This document shows, piece after piece, positions 9,920 through 18,034 of a stretch of DNA of 64,000 nt. The first letter of the stretch is position 1; each line of letters starts with the position of its first letter. Both the position numbers and the translations under genes were made by a program. The stretch comes from an uncultured Holophagaceae bacterium. GTDB taxonomy: Bacteria; Acidobacteriota; Holophagae; Holophagales; Holophagaceae. Where the stretch lies: contig CAWFOJ010000138.1 of NCBI GenBank assembly GCA_963816585.1, positions 3,676-67,675 on the forward strand, read 5' to 3'. The notes under the pieces are model-generated. The model had not been told where the DNA came from. It saw nothing but the letters and a program-made list of their open reading frames with translations, and ran no database searches.

Positions 9920-11278
9920 ATGCCGCCATCCGGTCCCGCCGCCACCCGTGCCCGCCAGCTCATGGAAGCCTTGCGCCAGCGTCCGGAGGGCCTCACCCGT
10001 CAGGAACTGCAGGGCGCAGCCGGCCTGGGATCCCTGGACCCCCAGACGGTGCGCCGCCTGCTGGTGTTGCTGGTGCAGAGCGGTCAGGCCCGGCTGGAAG
10101 GGCAGACCAAGGCCCGGCGATATTTCCTGGGTCCAGCGGCGCCCACGGCCCCCGGCCGGGACCGGGCGGGGGGGGTGGGCCCAGGGTTGCCCCTGCCACC
10201 GCACCCGAATCCTCGCGTCCGCCGTGCCCAGGGTGGGGGGATCGCCACCGCGGCGTACCGCCCGGAGTTCCTGGCCGGGTACCCGCCGGACGGGGCCGGC
10301 TACCTGGGCCCGGAGCTCCTTTCCCGGCTGCCCCAGGGCGCCCATGGCGGGGGCGGCCTGCGGGCCCTGGCCGGACGCCGCCGCCTGCGGGTGGAACTGG
10401 CCTGGGGCTGCGGGCGCCTGGAGGGGCCCCGGTGGTCCCGCCAGGACCTGGAGCAGGCGGCCCAAAGGCCCGAACCGCCCCCGGGGCTCCCGTACGACGC
10501 CGCCCAGAGCCTGCTCAACATCCTGGCGGCGGCGGACTTCCTGTTGGATCCCGGGCGCGGGACCGGGATCGACGCCCCGACCCTGTGCAACCTGTCGGCC
10601 CTCCTGGCCGAAAACCTGCTCCCGGACCCGGCGGACGAAGGCCGCTTGCGCCGGAACCCCCTGGCCATCCCCGGAACCACCTACGGCCCGCCCGCCGACG
10701 CCGCCTTCGTCGCCGCCCAGTTCCAGGTCCTCCTGGACACCGCCCGGGGCATCCGGGATCCCTACGAGCAGGGCTTCTTCCTGCTGGTCCACCTGGCCTA
10801 CCTGCAACCCTTTCCCATCGGCAACGGGGCCGCCGCCCTGCTGGCCGCCAACCTCCCCCTGCTGGACCGGGGCCTGCCTCCGGTGACCTTGGAGGACGCC
10901 GCACCCGGAGCCCTGGCGGCAGCCCTGGCCGCCCTGTGGGAGGAGACCCGGATGGAGCCCCTGCGGGACCTGTTCGCGGCCTCCTGCGCCGGGGCGGCCC
11001 AGCGGTGGCGCGCCCCCTTGGCGCCCGCCCCCGACCCGTTCCGGTTGCGCTACCGGGAAGAGGTCCGGCTCCTGGTCCGGGAGGCGGTCCTGGAGGGCAT
11101 GGCCGAGGCGGCCGCCGGCCAGCGCATCCTGGCCTTCGCCCAGACCCGGCTGCCCAGGGAGGACCGGGCCGGGTTCCAGGCGGCGGCGCTGGCCGAACTG
11201 GCGGCCCTGCACGACGGCAACTTCGCCCGCTACGGCCTGCTGCCCTCCCAGTTCGCCGCCTGGAAGGCCAGGCGGTGA
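9920..11278 (+). CDS. wHTH-Fic family protein with degenerate catalytic motif
   Basis: N-terminal wHTH-like segment ending in GQTKARRYF; DPYEQGFFLLVHLAYLQPFPIGNG..LAANLPL, PDPFRLRYRE, LHDGNFARYGL typical of the long Fic subfamily. Confidence 0.8.
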   Translation: MPPSGPAATRARQLMEALRQRPEGLTRQELQGAAGLGSLDPQTVRRLLVLLVQSGQARLEGQTKARRYFLGPAAPTAPGRDRAGGVGPGLPLPPHPNPRVRRAQGGGIATAAYRPEFLAGYPPDGAGYLGPELLSRLPQGAHGGGGLRALAGRRRLRVELAWGCGRLEGPRWSRQDLEQAAQRPEPPPGLPYDAAQSLLNILAAADFLLDPGRGTGIDAPTLCNLSALLAENLLPDPADEGRLRRNPLAIPGTTYGPPADAAFVAAQFQVLLDTARGIRDPYEQGFFLLVHLAYLQPFPIGNGAAALLAANLPLLDRGLPPVTLEDAAPGALAAALAALWEETRMEPLRDLFAASCAGAAQRWRAPLAPAPDPFRLRYREEVRLLVREAVLEGMAEAAAGQRILAFAQTRLPREDRAGFQAAALAELAALHDGNFARYGLLPSQFAAWKARR

Positions 11279-11279
11279 T

Positions 11280-12137
11280 TCAGAGAAGCCGGGTGGGGGT
11301 GCGCTCCAGCACCGCTGCGGGCAGGAAATAGTCGCCCGCCAGGGGCGCCCGGGGGTCCACCGCATAGGAGGTGAAGTCCTCCACCCCCTCGGCGCGCAGC
11401 ACCTCCTCGTCGATGAAGAAGTTCCCGGTGCAGTCCCGGGCCGGGCGGGAGAGGATGGCGTGGGCCGCGTCGGCCATCATTTCCGGACGCCGGCTGGCCT
11501 GGCGCAGGGCTTCCCCGCCGGGCAGGTTGCGCACCGCGGCGGTGTCGACGAGGGTGAGCGGCCAGAGGGAGTTCACGGCCACCCCCTCGGCCCGGAATTC
11601 CGCGGCCAGGCCCAGGGTGCATAGGCTCATGCCCATTTTCGCCAGGCTGTAGGCCAGGTGGGGCGCGAACCACTTGGGCCGCAGGTCCAGGGGCGGGGAC
11701 AGGGTGAGGATGTGGGGGTTCGGGGCGGCCTTCAGGTGCGGCAGGCAGGCCCTGGAGCACAGGAAGGTGCCCCGCACGTTCACCTGGTGCATGAGGTCGA
11801 AGCGCTTGAGTTCCGTCTGCAGGGTGCCGGTGAGGGCGATGGCGCTCGCGTTGTTCACCAGGATGTCCAGCCCGCCGAAGGCGCTGACGGTGCGGGCCAC
11901 CGCTTCCTGCACCTGCTCTTCCGAGCGCACGTCGGCCACCAGGGGCAGGGCCCGCCCTCCGGCCGCCTCCACCTCCGCGGCGGCGGTGAACACGGTTCCG
12001 GGGAGCTTGGGATGAGGCTCCCGGGTCTTGCCCAGGAGGGCCAGGTTGGCCCCATCCCGGGCCGCCCGCAGGGCGATGGCCAGGCCGATGCCCCGGGTGG
12101 CTCCGGTGATGAGGAGGGTCTTGCCTTGCAGGGTCAT
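11280..12137 (-). CDS. Short-chain dehydrogenase/reductase (HSDL2-like)
   Basis: ITGATRGIG, PHPKLPGT, DILVNNASAI, YSLAK, GNFFIDEEVL. Confidence 0.92.
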   Translation of the reverse strand: MTLQGKTLLITGATRGIGLAIALRAARDGANLALLGKTREPHPKLPGTVFTAAAEVEAAGGRALPLVADVRSEEQVQEAVARTVSAFGGLDILVNNASAIALTGTLQTELKRFDLMHQVNVRGTFLCSRACLPHLKAAPNPHILTLSPPLDLRPKWFAPHLAYSLAKMGMSLCTLGLAAEFRAEGVAVNSLWPLTLVDTAAVRNLPGGEALRQASRRPEMMADAAHAILSRPARDCTGNFFIDEEVLRAEGVEDFTSYAVDPRAPLAGDYFLPAAVLERTPTRLL

Positions 12138-12253
12138 GGCCGGGCTCCTGTAATGGAGGTGGATGGAGGGGCTGCCGGGATGAAGGAAAAAACCGGCCAA
12201 CCCTGACCCTCAAGACTACGGTTGAACGTGGCCTGCAGCCAGGTAACCGTTCA

Positions 12254-14180
12254 TCAGTCCTCCGGCCCGCCCATGTCGGCCAGGTACTCGGGCACGGCGG
12301 CCAGGGCCTGATTGTTGCGCCAGATGCCGTTCATCCGCCCGTACAGAGAACTGAAGCCCGGGGTGCTGGTCCCCGTCCTGCTCCAGGTTCTGGATCTCGG
12401 CGTAGACGAGCTTCTGGGCCATTTCCGACTGCACCTGCTCGACGAGGGCCTTGCGGGTGGCGAAGGTGAGCGCCGGAGCCGGGGTCCGGGCCTTGATGCG
12501 GGCCGCCCAGGCCTTGCCGTCGGGAGTCCACAGGACCGGGGTCAGCTGGCCCACGGGGGTCTCCAGGAGGGCCTTGCGGATGGCCGGATGCCGGCCCAGT
12601 TCCCCCAGCCCGGCGATGGTGACGCCGTCCTGTTCGGCGGGAGCGCCCATGGCCTTCAGGTCGCCGGCCTTGACCGCCGCCTGGGCCTTGGCCAGGGCGG
12701 CCTTGCGGGCCTCCTCCAGTTTCCAGGCCTCCAGCACCTTGTCCTTGATTTCGCCCAGGGGCGGCACGGCGATGGGGAGCTCCTCCCGCACCCGGAACAC
12801 CACGTAGCTGTCCTGGACTTCGCGGATCCTGGAAACCTGGCCCACCTCCAGCCGGAAAGCCTCGCCGGTGAGGACGCTGCTGCCGGGCAGCCCGTCGATG
12901 GCGCCGTCCCGGGCGAAGGGCTGGCTGGCCTTGCTGGCCAGGCCCAGGTTGCGGGCGGCGGCGGCCAGGTCGCCCCGGTCCCCGGTGCGCTTGCGCAGCT
13001 GTTCCAGCTTGTCCTTGGCCTTGGTGGCGAAGCGCTCCCGGGTGAGCTGGTCCTTCAACTGGTCCTTCACCTGGTCGAAGCTCTTCTCCCGGCGCCCTTC
13101 CAGGCGGATCAGGTGGATTCCGAAGCGGCTGCGCACCGGCTGGCTGATCTCGCCCTCCTTCAGGTTCAGGGCCGCCTGCTCGAAAGCCTTGTCCATCTGG
13201 CCCAGCTGGAACCAGCCCAGCTCGCCCTTGTTGGCCTTGGCGGTGGGGTCCTCGCTCAGGGTCTCGGCGGCCTTGGCGAAGTCCATGCCGGCCACCAGCT
13301 TGGCCCGCAGTTCCGCGGCCTTCTTCATGGCCTCGGGCACCTCCGCGTCCGATTCGGCCTTGAACAGGATGTGGCTGGCCTTGAGTTCCACGAACTGGGC
13401 GTGGCGGGCCTCGTACACGGATTTCACCGCCGCGTCGTCGGCGACGGGGATGCCCAGGGACGCGGGGGTCAGCGCCACGTAGTCCACCACCCGCCGGGGC
13501 CCGGTCTGGAAGCGCGCGCCGGAATCCTTCAGGAAGGCTTCCAGCTTGGGCATTCCCGGGTCCGGAACCGGTGCCGGGTCCGGGGCCAGGGTGGCCGCCT
13601 CGAAACTGATCTTCTCGTTGCGCACCCGGTTCTCCACGTCCAGCCACGCGGCGTCCACGGGCACCCGGGCGGCGGCCTGGTCCAGGAGCTTCTGGGCCGC
13701 CAGGTCGCTGACGGTGTCGTTCTCCATCTCCTTGAGGCTCATGCCGTGTTCCCGCAGCATCTCGTTGATCTCGGCCGTGGGCCGCAGCTGGCCGTTCTCG
13801 TCCACGAACCCGATCTGGCGCAACCTTGCTTCCAGGGCCGCCTTGATCTCACCGTCGGTCACCACCACCCCGTGGCGCTCCGCCAGCTCCTGCACCAGCT
13901 TGCCCTGCACCAGGCGGGACAGGGCCTGGGACTGGATGATGGGCCCCAGGGCCTCCAGGTTCACCTTGCGGCCCAGGCTGCGCACCATGAGCGCCATCTG
14001 CCGGTCCAGGTCCCGCTTCATGATGTCCCGGCCGTAGACCCGCGCCACCACGTTGTCCGGGGCGTCGGGATTGCCGTGGCTGGGCGCCAGGTACGCCACC
14101 ATGCCGATGAGGACGACCATCATGACGACCGTCATGGGCATCTGGTTGCCTTTGAACACTTGGCGGAAGTTGCGAAGCAT
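12254..14180 (-). CDS. ppiD: PpiD-like membrane-anchored parvulin PPIase (indel near 12360)
   Basis: N-terminal TM, SurA-N-like region, ASHILF...GELGWF...SRFGIHLIRL; shifted frame ends MGGPED-TGA at 12254. Confidence 0.85.
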
Positions 14181-14278
14181 GGTTTCTCCAGGGGTCCGCG
14201 GGGCCGGGCGGTGGGCCGGAATCTACTAGGTTATCAAAGCTGGGGGGTTTGGCATAAACTGATTCATTCGAGGCACCG

Positions 14279-14785
14279 ATGGCAGTACGAAAAGTGATCA
14301 CCTGGGGCGATCCCCGACTCAAAGTCAACAGCACCGACGTGGGGGACTGGGCTCCGGAACTGGAGGAATTGGTGGCGGACCTGTTCGAGACCGCCATCGC
14401 CGAGGAGGGGGTCGGCATCGCCGCGCCCCAAGTTGGAGTCAATCTCAACATCGCGGTGATCGACGTTTCCGCCGGCACCGACCCGGCGGCGAGGATCGTC
14501 CTGGTCAACCCGGAGATCGTCCGCCAGGAAGGGTCCCAGGTGGGGTCCGAGGGCTGCCTCTCCATCCCCGGCATCCACGAGGTGCTGGAGCGTCCCAGGC
14601 AGGTCTGGGTGAAGAACCGCAAGCCCGACGGCGCCTGGGAGGAGATCCAGGGGGAGGACCTGCTGGCCCGGGCCTTCTGCCATGAGATCGACCACCTGCG
14701 GGGGAAGCTGTTCGTGGAGTACTTCGGCCCGGTGAAGCGCCAAGTGCTCCAGCGCCGCTACCGCAAGCAGCAGGCCCAGGACTAG
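14279..14785 (+). CDS. def: Peptide deformylase
   Basis: GVGIAAPQVG, EGCLSIP, HEIDHL. Confidence 0.97.
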   Translation: MAVRKVITWGDPRLKVNSTDVGDWAPELEELVADLFETAIAEEGVGIAAPQVGVNLNIAVIDVSAGTDPAARIVLVNPEIVRQEGSQVGSEGCLSIPGIHEVLERPRQVWVKNRKPDGAWEEIQGEDLLARAFCHEIDHLRGKLFVEYFGPVKRQVLQRRYRKQQAQD

Positions 14786-14795
14786 GAGGCCGACC

Positions 14796-15719
14796 ATGCG
14801 GGTAGCCTTCCTGGGCACCCCGGCCGCCGCCGTCCCGGCCTTGCGGGCCCTGGGCGGCGCCGTCCCCGTGGCGGCGGTGTTCTGCAACCCGGACCGGCCC
14901 CAGGGGCGGGGCCGGCGTCTGGAATCCCCGCCGGTGAAGCGGGCGGCCCTGGAGCTGGGGCTGCCGGCCCACCAGCCGGAGCGCTGGAAGGCGCCGGAAA
15001 CCCGGGCCCTGTGGGAATCCCTGGGCATCGACCTGGGGGTGGTGGTGGCCTATGGGCACCTGCTCCCCTCCTGGATGCTGGACAGCTGCCCCCTGGGCGT
15101 GTGGAACCTGCATTTCTCCCTGCTGCCCCGCTGGCGGGGCGCCGCGCCGGTGAACCACGCCATCCTGGCGGGGGACCCGGAGACCGGCGTGAGCCTGATG
15201 CGCCTCACCCCCGGACTGGACGAAGGCCCGGTCCTGGCCCAGACCCGCCGGCCCATCGCCCGGCAGGACACCGCCGAAGGCCTCCTGGAGTGCCTGGCCC
15301 AGGACGCGGCGGGCCTGCTGGCGGCCCAGTTGCCCATCCTGGCGGCGGGACACGCCGACCCTCGTGCCCAGGACCCGGCCCTGGCCACCCTGGCGCCCAA
15401 GCTGGACAAGGCCATGGCCCGGCTGGACCCGGCCCGCCCCGGAGCGGACCTGCACCGCCAGGTGCGCGCCCTGCAGCCCTGGCCGGGCACCGAGCTGGAA
15501 CTGGACGGCACCATGCTGAAGGTCTGCGCCGTGGGCGCCCTGCGTCCAGACGCCGCCAGGCCCGGCACCCTGGCCTGGAACCGCCAGGGCGCCTGGTTGA
15601 CCGCCGGAGACGCCACCGCCCTGGAACTGACCCTCCTCCAGCGCCCCGCCAAGCCCATCCAGCCAGCCCCCCAGGCGCTGCAGCCGTGGGGAGGGAGCGG
15701 GAGCCTCCTGGTCAGGTGA
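14796..15719 (+). CDS. fmt: Methionyl-tRNA formyltransferase
   Basis: FLGTP, PDRPQGRG, VVAYG, NLHFSLLPRWRGAAP, LDEGP; follows def. Confidence 0.95.
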   Translation: MRVAFLGTPAAAVPALRALGGAVPVAAVFCNPDRPQGRGRRLESPPVKRAALELGLPAHQPERWKAPETRALWESLGIDLGVVVAYGHLLPSWMLDSCPLGVWNLHFSLLPRWRGAAPVNHAILAGDPETGVSLMRLTPGLDEGPVLAQTRRPIARQDTAEGLLECLAQDAAGLLAAQLPILAAGHADPRAQDPALATLAPKLDKAMARLDPARPGADLHRQVRALQPWPGTELELDGTMLKVCAVGALRPDAARPGTLAWNRQGAWLTAGDATALELTLLQRPAKPIQPAPQALQPWGGSGSLLVR

Positions 15720-15721
15720 GC

Positions 15722-16106
15722 GTCCGGGTCCCGGTGTGCGGCAGGCCCTTCGGGCGGGTTCCCTCAGGTCGCGCCGACCCACCGTTGCTCGGCTTCGTAA
15801 GCCCGTGCTCGCTTTGCTGCGCGCGGTCTGACGAAGCGCTCGCTTGCTCGTCGAGGCCGACCGGAGGACGTGGGGCACCGGCACCTTCGGGGCGGACTGC
15901 GGGAATCGCCTCCGCAGACTTTACAGCTCCTTTCACGGTCGCAAGATCAAGCTGACTCGCCAGGTCCTGGAGTTCGCATTGTCGCTCTCTGGCCCCCTCG
16001 TGAATCACCGAACCCAAAGTCCGGTGCGGCTCGACGGCTGGTGGCCGTGAATCGGCGCGAGACCCGGAACCTGTACGACGGCCCTGCCGCCGGGCGGAAC
16101 CCGTAC
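15722..16106. repeat. Structured palindromic interspersed element, copy 1 (about 385 bp)
   Basis: Collinear similarity to 31601-31974; imperfect terminal inverted repeats and nested internal stems; lies between convergent fmt and phhB. Confidence 0.85.
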
Positions 16107-16114
16107 CCTCTCCG

Positions 16115-16360
16115 CTACACCCCGAACGGCTTGATGGCTTCGTCGATCTTGGCGGCCAGGGCGTGGTCCTTGCCGGTGACGCCGCCGGCCTCGTGGGTGG
16201 TGAGGGTGATGTTCACGTAACCCCAGCCGAAGCTGATGTCAGGGTGGTGGTTCATGGCCTCCGCCGGCCCCACGATGCGGCTCACGATGTTGAAGGCGGT
16301 GAGGAAGTCCGGGGTCTTGATGGCGCGGTGCAGGGCCTTGTCTTGTTCCGTCCAGCTCAT
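16115..16360 (-). CDS. phhB: Pterin-4-alpha-carbinolamine dehydratase
   Basis: AEAMNHHPDI, LTTHEAGGVTGKD; directly downstream of phhA. Confidence 0.93.
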   Translation of the reverse strand: MSWTEQDKALHRAIKTPDFLTAFNIVSRIVGPAEAMNHHPDISFGWGYVNITLTTHEAGGVTGKDHALAAKIDEAIKPFGV

Positions 16361-16409
16361 GATCTTGCTCCAGGTGGGGCTTGGGCCCGTGGATCGGGCA
16401 CTCTTTAGT

Positions 16410-17987
16410 CTATGTGGCGGACGTGTCCAGGAGTTCCCCCACCTCCTGGCGCAACAGCCAGTCCTGGGGGAACTGGCCCAGTTCCTCCCGGATGGCCAGC
16501 AGCCGGGCGAGGTCCGCAGGCCCTTCCTGGCGCATGCGGGCCACCTCCCGGTACAGGGCCCCCAGGCGGGGGGGAAGGGCTTCGGCCTTGCGGCGCCGGG
16601 CCAGGGATTCGGCCTCTCCTTCGGCGAAGGCATCCTTGGCGCCGAACCAGAGGTCCCAGGCCTCCGGATCCCCCGGACCCCCGGCCACGCCGGGCAGGGC
16701 GCCGCCCAGGCACAGGAGCGCCGAGGCCGGCAGGTCCAGGGTCCGGCCCTGGAGTCGGCCTTCCAGGCTCTCCACCCGGAAGGCGTCCACCCGGGTACCT
16801 TGGATTTCCAGCCCCCCGGGCAGGCTCAGGCGGAACGGGCCGGGCCCCTCCCCCTGAGGCCGGGCTCCGAAGGCCACCAGGGCGCTTCCGGGCCAGGGCT
16901 CCGCCAGCAGGGCGCGCCCCTCCCGGGAGACCAGCGCCGGCCCTTCCAGGACCGCCAGCACGGTATCCAGGCCCTGGCCGCGGGGCGGACCGGGGATGAG
17001 CCGCGCCACCTGGCCGGTGACCTCGCGCCCGTCGTCCAGGATCAGGTGGTTCACCGTGCGGGCGCGCAGGGCCTCCTCCAGGCCGAAGTCGCCGCCCCGC
17101 TTCCAGGCCAGGGTGGCCTCGAACGCCTCGAGCACTTCGAACAGGTGGTCGAAGTCCCGGGCCACGAACAGCTTGGGCTGCATGTGGGTGATGTCGAAAT
17201 CCTGGTTCACGCAGTCCAGGGTCAGGGGAACGCGCTCCACCTGGTCGGTGCAGCAGTGGCGGGCCTCGCCGATGGAACTGAGCAGGCCGGCGCCGTAGAT
17301 GAGCGGCCGTTCGAGGGTGCCCACCAGGCCGTACTCGGCGGTCCACCAGTACAGGCGGCTGGCCTTGGTGCTCTCGCTCACGTAGGTCCGGCCGGCCAGG
17401 GCCGCCTCCAGGCGAGCCTGGGCCCGCTCCTGGTCAGCCGGGGAGGAGGACGGGTCCTCCTTCACCACGCTCAGGTTGCGGATGGCCTCGAACACCGACC
17501 GGTCCTCCCGGGAGGCGATCGCCTTGAAACCCACCACCCCGGCACGCTTGAGGTAGGCCGCGTAGCGGGCGTCCTTGAGGATGGGCGCGTGGCCTGCGCT
17601 CTCGTGGACGATGTCCGGCGCGGGGGTGTACTCGATGTGCTCGTGGGTGCGGATGTCCGAGGCGATGGCCAGGATGCCCCGGGCCTGCAGTTCGGTGAAC
17701 ACCGCCGGGGGGATGAAGCCCCGCACCGCCGCCGCGCCCCAGCCCAGGCGCGCCAGCCGGGCGTTCATCTCCTCCAGGCTGGGGATGCGCTCGACGCCGA
17801 TGCCGGTGGCGGCGAGCCCCTCCAGGTAGCTGGGGTGGGCCTTGTCCTTGAGGTGGGCGGTGAGCCGGCGCAGGATGTGCCGCCAGACCGCGTGGTCGCG
17901 TGGGGTATAGGCCTGGTAGTCCTGGTCCACCACGTACCGCGCCAGGTGGGGCGGGAGGGAGGCGGAGGGAAAGCCATCGGCGATCAT
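16410..17987 (-). CDS. phhA: Aromatic amino acid (phenylalanine) hydroxylase, long form
   Basis: YTPAPDIVHESAGHAP, YWWTAEYGL, IYGAGLLSSIGE, QPKLFV. Confidence 0.9.
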   Translation of the reverse strand: MIADGFPSASLPPHLARYVVDQDYQAYTPRDHAVWRHILRRLTAHLKDKAHPSYLEGLAATGIGVERIPSLEEMNARLARLGWGAAAVRGFIPPAVFTELQARGILAIASDIRTHEHIEYTPAPDIVHESAGHAPILKDARYAAYLKRAGVVGFKAIASREDRSVFEAIRNLSVVKEDPSSSPADQERAQARLEAALAGRTYVSESTKASRLYWWTAEYGLVGTLERPLIYGAGLLSSIGEARHCCTDQVERVPLTLDCVNQDFDITHMQPKLFVARDFDHLFEVLEAFEATLAWKRGGDFGLEEALRARTVNHLILDDGREVTGQVARLIPGPPRGQGLDTVLAVLEGPALVSREGRALLAEPWPGSALVAFGARPQGEGPGPFRLSLPGGLEIQGTRVDAFRVESLEGRLQGRTLDLPASALLCLGGALPGVAGGPGDPEAWDLWFGAKDAFAEGEAESLARRRKAEALPPRLGALYREVARMRQEGPADLARLLAIREELGQFPQDWLLRQEVGELLDTSAT

Positions 17988-18034
17988 GGGAACTCCGGCG
18001 TCCCATCAATATAGAGTCGCAGGATCCGGGGTGG

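Noticed and set aside
15712-16017. ORFs inside the ~380-bp elements (also 31536-31952) as a protein family
   Set aside because: Shared peptide text follows from DNA identity; frames diverge elsewhere, codon use is atypical, and variation tracks stems rather than codons.
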